NCBI GenBank assembly: GCA_965222375.1
Contig: CBDCTZ010000016.1
Coordinates: 2,496,001 to 2,560,000 of the forward strand
Length of the DNA stretch: 64,000 nucleotides
Reading direction: 5' to 3'
From: Polyangiaceae bacterium
GTDB lineage: Bacteria; Myxococcota_A; Polyangia; Polyangiales; Polyangiaceae
The notes below the pieces were generated by a model, which saw nothing but the letters and a program-made list of their open reading frames with translations, did no database searches and had not been told where the DNA came from. Of the stretch, positions 8,643-18,572 are shown one piece after another. Positions within the stretch are counted from its first letter, which is position 1; every line of letters starts with the position of its first letter. The translations under genes and the position numbers were made by a program.

Positions 8643-11402
8643 ATGTCCGACCCGGCCCAGGTTCATAAGCCACGGAAATCAAAAGACAAAAAGCCGGGCA
8701 GGGAACTGCCGCGACGCTTTGGCCGCCTGACCCTGCTTCGACAGCTTGCCCGCGGCGGCATGGGCGAGGTGTTCCTCGCTGCGGCTGGGAGCATCGACGG
8801 CGCGGAGCGGCCCTGTGTGGTCAAGCTCATCCGGCGAGAGCACTCCGACGACAAGTCCTTCCTGGCTCGGTTCCTGGACGAAGCGCGAATCCAAGCGCAG
8901 CTCCACCACCCGGGGGTGGCGCAAATCCTGGAGGCGAACGAGGACGAGGAGGGCAAGCCCTACGTCGTGGTCGAGCACGTGGAGGGGCGCAACCTCGGCG
9001 AGATCAGGACCCGCGCCGGCCAATTGTCGGCGCGAGTTACCTGGCCTGAAGCGGTCGCCATCGGCATTGCGATGGCTGACGCCCTGGCGCACGTGCATGA
9101 GCGCACCGACGCCGCCGGGCGCCCCCTGGAAATCGTACACCGGGATCTGAGCCCCCAAAACGTGATGATCGCCTACGGCGGTGACATCAAGCTGATCGAC
9201 TTCGGCACGGCACGGGGCGAAAATCGCCGCTGTCACACGGTTGCTGGGATTGTCTTCGCGAAGCCGGGTTACGTGGCGCCCGAGGTCGCCAATCACACGC
9301 CGGGTGGCATCCCCTCCGACATCTACGCCTTTGGAGTGATGCTGTGGGAGCTGCTCGCGGGCCGTCGCTTCCTGGCTGGCGAGTCCACCGAGCACCTGGC
9401 AGCTGTGGCTGAGGGCCGGCGCTCGCCGACGCCCATCGCCCAATTCGTGGACGCGCCCGGCGAGCTGGATGCGGTGATCCAGAAACTGACCGCGACCAAC
9501 ATCGAAGAGCGCTACGTCTCGGCTCGAGACGCCATGAACGACCTGCTCGCGCTACTCAAGCGCGCGCCCAGCCTCCCAGACGGGGAGCGCGGCGTTCGGC
9601 GCCGGGTCTCACTGCTGATGCAGCGCCTGTATCCCTCGGAGCCGGCACGCACGCGGACGGAGTTCACCCGCCTGGTCGCCGTCGCCAAGAAGATCCCCAA
9701 GCCGCGGCCGGTACTGGTTCCGTCGCCCAGCCCCGCCCAAGCGGACGCAGATGACCCGACTCTGTTGCCGGGAACCCGCTACCGGCTGGTGCGGGAGATC
9801 GGCAAAGGCGCCATGGGCGTGGTGCACGAGGCCGTGCACGTCGATCTGGGTCGCAGCTTCGCCCTCAAGGTGTTGCCGAACCATTCCGCCAACGTCAATG
9901 CCGCTGACCGTTTGAAGGCGGAAGCTCGGACCATTGCTCGCCTCAGCCACGAGAACTTGGTCACCTTGCACGACTTTGGTTTCTCGACAGACGGACGACC
10001 CTTCTACGTCATGGAACGCCTCGAAGGTGAGTCTCTGGACAAGCGCTTGGATCGGGATGGCTCCGTGCCCTGGCGCGAGGCTCTACGTATCGGCATCGAC
10101 GCGTGTCAGGCGCTCAGCGCCGCCCACGAAAAGGAGATCGTGCATCGGGACATCAAGCCCGCGAATCTCTTTCTGACCAAGACCGGCGCGCTGAAGCTGC
10201 TCGACTTCGGTGTCGCGAAAGCCTCCACTTCAGTCGAAGTAGTAAATGGCGGCGACGCCCTGTCCCTGGTCGGGACACCCGAGTACATGGCGCCGGAGCA
10301 GACCCTTGGCGGCAGCGCCGACACGCGAAGTGACATCTATGCCCTCGGTGCGGTGCTCTACGAGCTCCTCACCGGCCGACTCCCCCACGTAGAAGCCACC
10401 TTGGTGGCATTGCTTGAAGCCAAGAATGAATGCCCGGTCGAACCTCCGAGTGAGCGGGCGAAACAGAGAGGATTTTCCAATATGGTGGACCAGACGATTC
10501 TCCGCGCTCTCGACAAAGATCCCGAAAAGCGCTTCGAAAGTGCGGACGAAATGCGCGCTGCCCTGGAGGCCGCGTTGCGCGAGCCCGATGTGATCCGGCG
10601 CCGGCGTCGGCGCATGGGTTTCGTGGCTCTGGCCGCCCTGACCATGGGCCTCAGCGGAGCGGTCGCTTTCGCGGTGCAGAAACCCGACGTGCGCGCTCGC
10701 GCGCAAGCCATGGCGGCCCCGATCATCGCCAAGTTCAAGGGGGCGCCGACGACGCCGCCGGAGACCGCGACGGCCCTCGCCGCCGACGTAGCCGACGACC
10801 TGGCGGAGGAAGCGCCGCCACCGGCCGAAGCAACCCCCTCGGAGCCCAGCGCCGCCGAGGCCGAGAGCTCGCAGCCCGAAACCGGAGAGCCCTCCGAGCC
10901 TGCCGAGGAGAAAGTCGCCGCCGCCGATGAGCCCGCTGAAGGCGAAGCCGACTCGAAGGACAAAGACAAGGCCGATACTCCTGCAGCGGAGCTGTTTGCC
11001 GCAGCTCCGGCCAAAGACGACAAGAGCGAGGACGACCTCGAAACCAAGATCCAGGAAGCTCAGGATCTGATGGACAACGGCCAGAAGGTGAAGGGGTTCA
11101 ACAAGATCCGGCGCATCGGTAAAAACAATCGCAAGGACGCCCGAGCCCTCAAAGCTTGGTACGAGGCCTCCCGAGCCATGAAGGCCTACGGCGAGGCGCA
11201 TCGCGTCGTTCGTCAATGGGCAGCCCTCGAAAAGACCCCCGAGAGCCGGGTGCAGCTGGCTCGCATGCAGCGCGCTATCGGCAAGCGCGAGGCGGCCATC
11301 GCGACCCTGAATGCGCTGCTCACCGAGCGGCCGGGTCACGAGCAGGCCCGCCAGATGCTCCGCGTTCTGACCGGCGCAGATGCCCAGCTGGCACGCCGCT
11401 AA
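8643..11402 (+). CDS. Ser/Thr kinase with two tandem kinase domains, a TM helix and a C-terminal TPR-like region
   Basis: Domain 1: GGMGEV/VVK/HRDLSPQN/DFG/APE. Domain 2: GKGAMGVV/ALK/HRDIKPAN/DFG/APE. RRRRRR precedes the TM helix. Confidence 0.93.
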   Translation: MSDPAQVHKPRKSKDKKPGRELPRRFGRLTLLRQLARGGMGEVFLAAAGSIDGAERPCVVKLIRREHSDDKSFLARFLDEARIQAQLHHPGVAQILEANEDEEGKPYVVVEHVEGRNLGEIRTRAGQLSARVTWPEAVAIGIAMADALAHVHERTDAAGRPLEIVHRDLSPQNVMIAYGGDIKLIDFGTARGENRRCHTVAGIVFAKPGYVAPEVANHTPGGIPSDIYAFGVMLWELLAGRRFLAGESTEHLAAVAEGRRSPTPIAQFVDAPGELDAVIQKLTATNIEERYVSARDAMNDLLALLKRAPSLPDGERGVRRRVSLLMQRLYPSEPARTRTEFTRLVAVAKKIPKPRPVLVPSPSPAQADADDPTLLPGTRYRLVREIGKGAMGVVHEAVHVDLGRSFALKVLPNHSANVNAADRLKAEARTIARLSHENLVTLHDFGFSTDGRPFYVMERLEGESLDKRLDRDGSVPWREALRIGIDACQALSAAHEKEIVHRDIKPANLFLTKTGALKLLDFGVAKASTSVEVVNGGDALSLVGTPEYMAPEQTLGGSADTRSDIYALGAVLYELLTGRLPHVEATLVALLEAKNECPVEPPSERAKQRGFSNMVDQTILRALDKDPEKRFESADEMRAALEAALREPDVIRRRRRRMGFVALAALTMGLSGAVAFAVQKPDVRARAQAMAAPIIAKFKGAPTTPPETATALAADVADDLAEEAPPPAEATPSEPSAAEAESSQPETGEPSEPAEEKVAAADEPAEGEADSKDKDKADTPAAELFAAAPAKDDKSEDDLETKIQEAQDLMDNGQKVKGFNKIRRIGKNNRKDARALKAWYEASRAMKAYGEAHRVVRQWAALEKTPESRVQLARMQRAIGKREAAIATLNALLTERPGHEQARQMLRVLTGADAQLARR

Positions 11403-11430
11403 AAGCACCCCCCTGTCGCTGCCCCAAACC

Positions 11431-11490
11431 TGGGCGGTGTGGCTAAATGCGCGATTTCATGGAGATCGCGCTGGCCCCACCGCCCATTTT
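11431..11490 (+). terminator. Long nested hairpin plus T-tract after the dual kinase gene
   Basis: tgggcggtg...caccgccca outer stem, gcgcgattt...agatcgcgc inner stem, followed by tttt. Confidence 0.55.
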
Positions 11491-11619
11491 GCTTTCCTGA
11501 AGCCGACAAAGCCGCGATAACGCCGCTCGCCTGCGTGAACCCGGCGCGAAAACGGACACGCTCCGTCGGAAGCAGCCCTTCGGGCCCACGCAGCATCAGA
11601 TCTTCGACTCGCTGCTGAC

Positions 11620-13059
11620 ATGGCCAGCATTCCCAACCCCACCGGCCTTCGCGTTGCCACCGAAGGCTCGCCTTACCGCGCTGTCCTCAAGCTTGCGACA
11701 CCGACCGTGTTGGCGATGCTCACTCAGAGCGTCGTCAACGAGATCGACATCATCTTCTTCTCGTGGCTGCCCTGCCCCGAGTCCTCCAACGCTCAAGCGG
11801 CCCTGCTGCCGTCGCTGATCCTGCTGTGGCTCTTCGGTGGCTCTCTCTCGGCCATTTCCGTCGGCACTCAGGCGATCGCCGCCCGGCGATTCGCCCAGCG
11901 CAAGAGCGAGGACGCGGGCGCCGTCCTGGTGAATTCCTGGTGCTTCTCGCTGGTGGCGGGAATCATCTTCACGGTGATCGGCTACCTGTCGCTGCCCTTC
12001 ATCCTCGACGTGCTGATCAAGGTGCCCGAGGTGCGCGAGGCCGCCAAGGAGTACCTGCACTGGCGGCTGCTGGGCATCGTCAGCATGGCGATGACCTTCT
12101 CGTTCAAAGCGTTCTTCGATGGTATCGGCAAGACCCACGTGCACATGGTCGGCGCGATCGTCATGAACGCGCTGAACATCATCCTGTGCCTGGCCTTCAT
12201 CTTCGGCCGCTGGGGCGCCCCACGCATGGGCATCGCGGGTGCGGGCTTGGCGGGCTTCGTGAGCACCTGGGTCGGCCTCGCCATCATGATTGGCTGGGCG
12301 CTGCTGCCCAAGTATCGGCGGGTCTTCGCGCCCTTCCGGCTCAAGCGGCTGAGCAAGACCCTGACTTGGGACATCCTGAAACTCAGCATTCCCAGCGCCG
12401 TGGCCACCATCGCGGTGATGAGCGGTTTCGCGCTTTTCGCCATGATTGTGAGCAAACTCGACAGCATCAGCAGCGCCGCGGTGGTTCAGTCCAGCTGCCC
12501 CGGGGGCCGGGCTGAGGCCGTCAATAGTGCCGCCACGACGGTCATTGTCGGGATCCTGAAGCTGACCTTCACGGCCTGCTTGGCGTTCGGTACCTCGACG
12601 GCCACGCTGGTCAGTCAGTCCCTCGGCGAGGGCGATGGCAAGAAAGCGGCGCGCTTTGGATGGGTGAGCGTGCGCCTTGGTCTGCTGATCTTCGGCATCG
12701 TGGGCCTGCTGGAGGGCGTGGTCTTCCCGCGTGAGATCTTGTCCTTCGTGAGTCAGAGCCCGGCGGTGATCGAAGCTGCCATGATGCCGATGCAGATCAT
12801 GGGCATCATCACGCCCCTCATCGCCGTGGGCATGATCCTGACCCAAGCCCTCTTCGGCGCTGGCAACACCCGCTTCGTGATGATCGTGGAGCTCATCCTG
12901 CACTTCAGCTGCTTGGTGCCGCTGGCCTGGTTCTTGGGCATCACCCTCGGCTACGGCCTGGTCGGGATTTGGAGCGCTGCCGTCGTCTACGTCCTGCTGC
13001 TGACCATCGTGATGGTCTGGAAATTCGCCAAGGGCGATTGGAAAGAAATTCGGATCTGA
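11620..13059 (+). CDS. MATE family efflux transporter
   Basis: ~12 TM helices; LKLATP...MLTQSV, FFDGIGKT, APRMGIAGAGLA, GAGNTR, GYGLVGIW motifs. Confidence 0.92.
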   Translation: MASIPNPTGLRVATEGSPYRAVLKLATPTVLAMLTQSVVNEIDIIFFSWLPCPESSNAQAALLPSLILLWLFGGSLSAISVGTQAIAARRFAQRKSEDAGAVLVNSWCFSLVAGIIFTVIGYLSLPFILDVLIKVPEVREAAKEYLHWRLLGIVSMAMTFSFKAFFDGIGKTHVHMVGAIVMNALNIILCLAFIFGRWGAPRMGIAGAGLAGFVSTWVGLAIMIGWALLPKYRRVFAPFRLKRLSKTLTWDILKLSIPSAVATIAVMSGFALFAMIVSKLDSISSAAVVQSSCPGGRAEAVNSAATTVIVGILKLTFTACLAFGTSTATLVSQSLGEGDGKKAARFGWVSVRLGLLIFGIVGLLEGVVFPREILSFVSQSPAVIEAAMMPMQIMGIITPLIAVGMILTQALFGAGNTRFVMIVELILHFSCLVPLAWFLGITLGYGLVGIWSAAVVYVLLLTIVMVWKFAKGDWKEIRI

Positions 13060-13073
13060 GCCACTCTCACGCC

Positions 13074-13928
13074 ATGAGGTGGCGCGCTCTACGGGCTCTC
13101 GGCCTGATGGCTCTGGCGACGCCCCTGGCCCTGCACTGCGCTGAGGCAACGAAACCCGCCGCGCAACCCCGCTCTCCTGCTGTCGCTGACGATGCCGGAC
13201 AGGTCCCGGTTCTGAGCGCTTTGGATTCGAGTTCGCCCCAGGCGGATAGCGGCACTGAGGCCCAGACGGACGCCGCGCTGGCACCCGAGGTCGCGCGCCC
13301 TCAGGGCCTGCAGCGGCTCGACCTCGGTGGTCGCCCAGCCCTGACCCACGCGCCTGCCGTGGGAGGCTCCCAGATGCCCCTGGTGGTCTTTCTGCACGGC
13401 ATGTGCGCCATCCCCGAATGGGAATGCCCGGTGTTCACAGGAGCGAGCGCTGGCGCGTGGCTGCTCTGTCCCCCCGGGCCGGCACCCTGCGCGGGTGGGG
13501 GCCGGATGTGGGTGGGCACGCGCAAGAGGCTGACCGGCCAGGTGGGCCGTTTCACCTCCGCGCTAGTCGAGCAGGAGTCCCTCAGCGCCGGCCGTCGCGC
13601 CCTGGTCGGCTATTCCCTCGGGGCACCCGCGGCGCTGCAGATCGCTTTGGCAGAGCCCGGTCGCTGGCAGCGGCTGATGATCGTGAACGCGTCGGTGGTC
13701 CCCAGCGCTGCGCAGCTCAAGCGCGCGGGGGTGACTCGCCTAGCCCTCGTCGCCGGAGCCCACGACCGTACTGCGGGCAAGTTGCGACAGGGCGCCCAGC
13801 GCCTTGCTCGCAGCGGCGTTGACGCGCGCTTCTTCAGCCTCGGCCCCGTGGGCCACTTCTTCGACCGAACCAGCGCCCAGCGCATGGTGCCTTCACTCAC
13901 CTGGCTCACCGCAGACTGGGAGAGCTGA
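13074..13928 (+). CDS. Secreted alpha/beta hydrolase (esterase-like)
   Basis: VVFLHG oxyanion motif, GYSLG nucleophile elbow, GAHD and GH catalytic candidates; signal peptide from ATG 13074. Confidence 0.75.
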   Translation: MRWRALRALGLMALATPLALHCAEATKPAAQPRSPAVADDAGQVPVLSALDSSSPQADSGTEAQTDAALAPEVARPQGLQRLDLGGRPALTHAPAVGGSQMPLVVFLHGMCAIPEWECPVFTGASAGAWLLCPPGPAPCAGGGRMWVGTRKRLTGQVGRFTSALVEQESLSAGRRALVGYSLGAPAALQIALAEPGRWQRLMIVNASVVPSAAQLKRAGVTRLALVAGAHDRTAGKLRQGAQRLARSGVDARFFSLGPVGHFFDRTSAQRMVPSLTWLTADWES

Positions 13929-14070
13929 CTCCGTCCCAGTTCAGTTTTTTGGGTGTTTTGGGTTTGGGGGTCGAGCGCTGGGGCACGATGGGGCCCTAAT
14001 CTCGATTTGGGGCGCGCTGGTGCGCGGGAGTGCTGGGGCGGCGCCAGATCCAGTGGCCGTGGCGTGCCCC

Positions 14071-14177
14071 GCGTCGGCGTCGGCGCCCGCGTCAGCGTCA
14101 GCGTCGGCGTCAGCGTCGGCGTCCGTGTCAGCGTCAGCGTCAGCGTCCGTGTCAGCGTCAGCGTCAGCGTCGGCGTT
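14071..14177 (+). repeat. Hexamer microsatellite (GCGTCA/GCGTCG), about 18 units
   Basis: Directly visible tandem hexamers. Confidence 0.95.
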
Positions 14178-14227
14178 AGGACCCGGGATCAGATCAATAC
14201 ATCGCTGACACTCTCGTGATCACCCCC

Positions 14228-14316
14228 GACGGCTACGAGCACGGGGACGGCTACGAGCACGGGGACGGTTACGAAGACGGGGACGGTTACGAAGACGGGG
14301 ACGGTTACGAAGACGG
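14228..14316 (+). repeat. 18-bp tandem repeat, 5 units (GACGGYTACGARVACGGG)
   Basis: Two units gacggctacgagcacggg, then three units gacggttacgaagacgg(g). Confidence 0.95.
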
Positions 14317-14450
14317 CTCGACGATCTTGTGACGTCGTTGGGCAACCCCGCGCCAGCTTTCGCTGGCACTGGGGGTTGCGTTCGTGGGTTGCGGGGGCGG
14401 TGACTGGGGGCGTGGGGTCGAAACCTCCTTCTGGGGTGAAGGAGGTTTCT

Positions 14451-14804
14451 ATGAACATGAAACGATCGACACAGTCACTACTTCCGCATCATCGGTTGCG
14501 GGCGTTCCGGGTTGCTCTGGAGTTGTTGGCTGCGGTGAGGGCGGCGAACATCCGTGATCGGGGCGACCGCGATCAGGCTATTCGTGCAGCGAAGGCTGCT
14601 TGTCGGAATATCGCTGAGGGTGTTGGGCGGGTGTCGCCGGCGGATCGGGCTCGTGTTTTTGGTATCGCGCGGGGTGAAACTGTCGAGGCCATTGCGGTGA
14701 CCGAAATCGCGGTTGAGGCTGGTCAGGGGTCGGCTGATGCGCTGCCTCGGGTGCTCGACCGCGGCAACGCGCTCTACGCCATGCTCACGGCGTTGTCCCG
14801 CTAG
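14451..14804 (+). CDS. Four-helix-bundle protein (TIGR02436 / 23S-IVP / bAvd-like fold)
   Basis: RLRAFRVALEL...RDQAIRAAKAACRNIAEGVGR...RVFGIARGETVE signature; GGAGG RBS at 14441-14445. Confidence 0.88.
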   Translation: MNMKRSTQSLLPHHRLRAFRVALELLAAVRAANIRDRGDRDQAIRAAKAACRNIAEGVGRVSPADRARVFGIARGETVEAIAVTEIAVEAGQGSADALPRVLDRGNALYAMLTALSR

Positions 14805-14954
14805 GCGCTTGCCGCCTCCTAGGGGCCACGCGCGCCCGTTGCCGCGTGGCCCCTGCGCGGCTGCCGCGGGCGTGCGCGTGCGGTCGCGCGGCCCAGGGAT
14901 GCGACGCGACTGCAGTCGCGCCAAGTTACAGTTCGGCTCCCCCAAAAAACAAGC

Positions 14955-15051
14955 AAGCAGGTCTTCGAATCCCGCCGTCTTTGCCGGACGGCGTGGAGCT
15001 CCCCCCAAAACGACCGGAAGCAGGACTTCGAATCACGCCGTCTTTGCCGGA
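14955..15051 (+). repeat. Two 34-bp direct repeats at 63-bp spacing
   Basis: aagcagg(t/a)cttcgaatc(c/a)cgccgtctttgccgga at 14955-14988 and 15018-15051. Confidence 0.85.
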
Positions 15052-15057
15052 GCGGCC

Positions 15058-15098
15058 TGCCGACCACTTATATGCACTATGCATATAAGTGGTCGGCA
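15058..15098. repeat. Perfect 19-bp inverted repeat with a 3-nt loop
   Basis: tgccgaccacttatatgca-cta-tgcatataagtggtcggca, between convergent genes. Confidence 0.95.
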
Positions 15099-15146
15099 AC
15101 GCTCAAGAACGGCCGATTTCTGAGGCAGCCGGATGCAGGCGCTGGA

Positions 15147-16826
15147 CTACTTCATCATTTCTTCGAGGAGGTCGTCGTCGGTGCCGTCTTTGGACTTTTT
15201 CTTGGGCTCCTCGTCGTCGTCGGAGTCCGCGCCGCCCTCGCCCGTCGAGTCGTCGTCAGTGTCGTCGGTGTCCTCGTCCTTGTCGGAGCCGGCGCCGCCT
15301 TCGCCCATCATCGAGTCGAGCAAGTCGTCATCGGCGTCGTCATCATCATCGTCATCGTCGTCGTCGGCGTCAGGATCTGCCTCGTCGGGATCCGGCTGGG
15401 CGCCGATTTCCTTGCCCGCTCCCCACTTGGCTTTGTCCTCGTCGGTGCAGGGCAGGGGATTGTTGCGGTCCTCTTGGACGCATTCCATCAGCCACGCGTC
15501 TCGGGGCGGTTCTCCGTGCTTCTCGGCCTTGGCGCGGGCCTTGGCGATGTCGCCTTCGACCGCGATGGTCGACAGCTTGGGCATCGTCATCAGCATGACC
15601 AAGCCCACGATCAGGATCAGGATGAATGGGATGGCGATGCGGTAGAGCTTCACCATGGGCCGGTTGAATCTGAAGCTCGTGACGAAGAGGTTCTGGCCCA
15701 AGGGCGGGGACAGGTAGGCGATCTCGAGGTTCAACAGGAACATCATCGCCAAGTGGAAGGGCGACAGGCCGAACTCCGCTGCGAAGGGGATCAACAGCGG
15801 CACCGCTACCAGGATGGCGCTGAAGCCGTCCATCACCATGCCCTGGATGTACAAGAAGATGTTCAGGGTGATCAGGAACTGCCAGCGCTCCTTCACGCCC
15901 ATGCTGGTGACCCAGTTGAAGATCTTCTCGGGGATCTGTTCGCTGATGATGTAGTTCGTCAGCGCCATGGCCATTGCCATGATCAAGACGACGGCACCCG
16001 CGAGCGCGATGGCGCTGCGCGCGATGCGCGGGAAGTCTTTCCACTTGAGATCCTTGTAGATGTAGATCTCGATCAGCAGCACGTACAGCGCGGCAAAAGC
16101 GGCACTCTCGTCGATTTCCGTGAGGCCCGTGGCGAGCCCGCCGAGGATCAGGACGGGAATGCCGAGCTCCCACTTCATGTACCAGAGGCTCGAGCCCATC
16201 TCCGACAGGTTCGGCTTGCTGCGCGGGATCTTCGTCTTGATGCCAACGTAGGCGGCGTGGATGCCCAGCAGCCCGATCACCAGCATGCCGGGGATGATCC
16301 CCGCCTTGAAAGCCTTGGTGTAGTCGATGCCCGCCACCAGGGAGTAGACCAAGATCGGAAGCGATGGCGGCAGCAGCAGACCCAGGGAGCCGCCGGTCAT
16401 CACGAGGCCGAGAGAGTAGCCTTCGGGGTAGCCGCGCTTACGCAGGGCGGGATACAGCAGCGCGCCAATGGCGACGATGGTGACGGCACTTCCGCCGGTC
16501 AGCGTCGTGAAGAACGCGCTAGCGAAGATGCACACGATGGCCAAGCCACCGGGCATCCAACCGAAGAACGCGTTGGAAGCCCGCACGATGCGTTCCGGCG
16601 TGTTCGATTCGGCCATGCAATAGCCGATGAACGTGAACAGCGGCACCGTGACCAGAATGGGCGAGCCAGCGAAGCGCTCGTCGAGGACGTCCGGCGCCAG
16701 GAAGCGCACGTGGTGCATGGACTCGTCCGGATGGAGCAACCACGCAAGCTCCGTGGTGCCCGCCATCACGGCGAAGACCGGCGCGCCGATCAGGGCGAAG
16801 ATCACGACGAAGAGGAAGATGATCAT
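15147..16826 (-). CDS. dctM: TRAP transporter large permease with acidic C-terminal tail
   Basis: LVTVPLFTFIG, PGGLAIV, TGGSAVTIVAIG, GSLGLLLPPSLP, SPPLGQNLFV motifs. Confidence 0.92.
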   Translation of the reverse strand: MIIFLFVVIFALIGAPVFAVMAGTTELAWLLHPDESMHHVRFLAPDVLDERFAGSPILVTVPLFTFIGYCMAESNTPERIVRASNAFFGWMPGGLAIVCIFASAFFTTLTGGSAVTIVAIGALLYPALRKRGYPEGYSLGLVMTGGSLGLLLPPSLPILVYSLVAGIDYTKAFKAGIIPGMLVIGLLGIHAAYVGIKTKIPRSKPNLSEMGSSLWYMKWELGIPVLILGGLATGLTEIDESAAFAALYVLLIEIYIYKDLKWKDFPRIARSAIALAGAVVLIMAMAMALTNYIISEQIPEKIFNWVTSMGVKERWQFLITLNIFLYIQGMVMDGFSAILVAVPLLIPFAAEFGLSPFHLAMMFLLNLEIAYLSPPLGQNLFVTSFRFNRPMVKLYRIAIPFILILIVGLVMLMTMPKLSTIAVEGDIAKARAKAEKHGEPPRDAWLMECVQEDRNNPLPCTDEDKAKWGAGKEIGAQPDPDEADPDADDDDDDDDDDADDDLLDSMMGEGGAGSDKDEDTDDTDDDSTGEGGADSDDDEEPKKKSKDGTDDDLLEEMMK

Positions 16827-18481
16827 GACTTCTTCTCCTCCTCGTCATCGTCGGTGTCCCAGCCGTCCTCGTCAGGTTCGTCGTCGTCCTTTGAGGCCTG
16901 TTTTGCTGGGGCGTCCTTGGCGTCGTCGGGCTTTTCGTCTTTTCCTTCGTCTTTGTCGTCGTCCTTGGACGCCTGCTTTTCAGCGCCGTCGTCGGAATCA
17001 TCGTCTTTCGGGGGGTCGGACTTGGCGGCTTGTTTGGACGCGCCTTCGTCCTTGTCGTCGTCCGACTTCGACTCTGGCTTGTCGTCCTTGTCGTCGTCGC
17101 TTTCGTCGCTGGACTTGGACGCCTGGGCGCTGGGCTCTTGGTCGCCGTCTTCCTTTTCGTCCTCGTCCTCGTCTTCCTTTTCTTCCTTTTCTTCTTCTTC
17201 TTCCTTCTCGTCCTCGTCTTCATCCGAGTCGGGTGGTTTGTCGTCGGACGCCTTGTCAGGCTTCTTGTCGTCGCTGTCGTCTCCCTCCGCGTCGACGGCG
17301 GCGCCTCCGGGCTCGGATCCGGGTTCCGGCAGGTCATCGGCGTCGTGGGTCTTCGAAACGTCGGCGCCATCGGTTCCTGTATCCGGATCCACACTTCGAT
17401 GCCCGCCTAGCGCCAGCAGGGACAACAAGATGAAGCGGATCGCGATGATGAACAGGCCGATGGGGAACACCAGGTTCGCGCCTTTGTTCAGTTCGCCTCG
17501 GGGTTCACCTCGATCGGGAACCACCACGATGGGTGACCGTTTGTCGTCACCCTCCAACTTGAGATCGTCGATCTTTTCCCTGCCGTAGCGCTCCACGAAG
17601 CCCGATGTCTCGAGGAACTCGTTCCATTCCTGGCCGCCCAGCCATTCCGAGTAGCGTTCGCCCTTGAGCACCTTGGGCAGCGTCTTCATGTCGAGGGCCA
17701 TCTGCTTTCGGGCGATAAAAGAGTCTTCGCCCAGGCCTTTCCAGACCTTGGAGACCTTCGCCGACGCGCTCACATCGGCCTCGGCTCCGAAGTTTTCGAT
17801 GGCGATGTGATCGAAGAAGCCCCAGCCGGCGCCGGCACAAATGACCGCGGAACCCAGCCAGCCAACGATGACCAGGGGCATCCGCACTTTGGGCTTCACG
17901 AAGCGGGTCACCAGATCGATGGTGATGTGCTTGCCACTCGCGGTGGCAAGGGAGCCGCCAATGAGCGCCAAGAGCAGAGTGAGCCTGGTGCCGACGCCCC
18001 GCAGGCCGCCGAATAGCGTCAGCGTGGAGGCCTGTTGGTACCAGTTGAGCAAGTTGCTCGACCAAGTGACGCCGACGTTCTGCCAATAGCTGGCCGCGAT
18101 GACTCCCAACACGACGCCGCTGATGGACGCCACCCGTTGAGCGGGCTTGCCCTTCTTGCGCACTGCGAAGAAGCCGATCAACCCGAGGACCGCGGACCCC
18201 GTGAGAACTCGGAACACGTAGCCGGCACTTCCCGCGTCCGGCGGCGTGGATAGTCCCTTCAGCCCCACCCAGAGCGAGAGCACCAGCACTTCCAGCAGGA
18301 GCACCGAGGCGCAGAGAAAGCCCTCCCACTTGGTCCAAGCATCATCCAGACGGACTAGCGGGCGGCACCATGCCGCTGCTTTCACCGGTCCTGGCTCAGG
18401 GTTCGATTTTGGCGGTTGGGAGGCGGAGCTGGCCGAATCGCCGCTCTCTTCCCCTCCCTCGTCCCTCTCCTCTTCAGCCAT
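16823..18481 (-). CDS. dctQ: Enlarged TRAP small permease (DctQ-like) with long acidic tail
   Basis: LIGGSLATASGKHITIDLV DctQ motif; ATGA overlap with dctM; ~160-aa D/E/K-rich tail. Confidence 0.8.
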   Translation of the reverse strand: MAEEERDEGGEESGDSASSASQPPKSNPEPGPVKAAAWCRPLVRLDDAWTKWEGFLCASVLLLEVLVLSLWVGLKGLSTPPDAGSAGYVFRVLTGSAVLGLIGFFAVRKKGKPAQRVASISGVVLGVIAASYWQNVGVTWSSNLLNWYQQASTLTLFGGLRGVGTRLTLLLALIGGSLATASGKHITIDLVTRFVKPKVRMPLVIVGWLGSAVICAGAGWGFFDHIAIENFGAEADVSASAKVSKVWKGLGEDSFIARKQMALDMKTLPKVLKGERYSEWLGGQEWNEFLETSGFVERYGREKIDDLKLEGDDKRSPIVVVPDRGEPRGELNKGANLVFPIGLFIIAIRFILLSLLALGGHRSVDPDTGTDGADVSKTHDADDLPEPGSEPGGAAVDAEGDDSDDKKPDKASDDKPPDSDEDEDEKEEEEEKEEKEDEDEDEKEDGDQEPSAQASKSSDESDDDKDDKPESKSDDDKDEGASKQAAKSDPPKDDDSDDGAEKQASKDDDKDEGKDEKPDDAKDAPAKQASKDDDEPDEDGWDTDDDEEEKKS

Positions 18482-18572
18482 CGCCCGCACGTTATCGCGA
18501 GTTGGCCGAAACGGGCTGGGATTTCTGCGGGATCCGGATATCTCGGGACATCGCCCCGGCGAGCCGCGTCAC

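Noticed and set aside
11487..11619. Riboswitch upstream of the MATE transporter
   Set aside because: No recognisable aptamer consensus; the hairpin present is adequately explained as the kinase terminator. An Rfam scan would settle it
14071..14316. Possible CRISPR array (also considered for 2800-3000 and 25691-25880)
   Set aside because: Head-to-tail tandem repeats without unique spacers, and no cas genes in the window
14451..14804. Diversity-generating retroelement suggested by the Avd-like protein
   Set aside because: No reverse transcriptase, and no TR/VR pair differing at adenines was seen in the window
15072..17588. 838-aa plus-strand ORF with poly-Ser tracts
   Set aside because: Mirror of dctM/dctQ; the Ser runs are the antisense reading of the acidic tails
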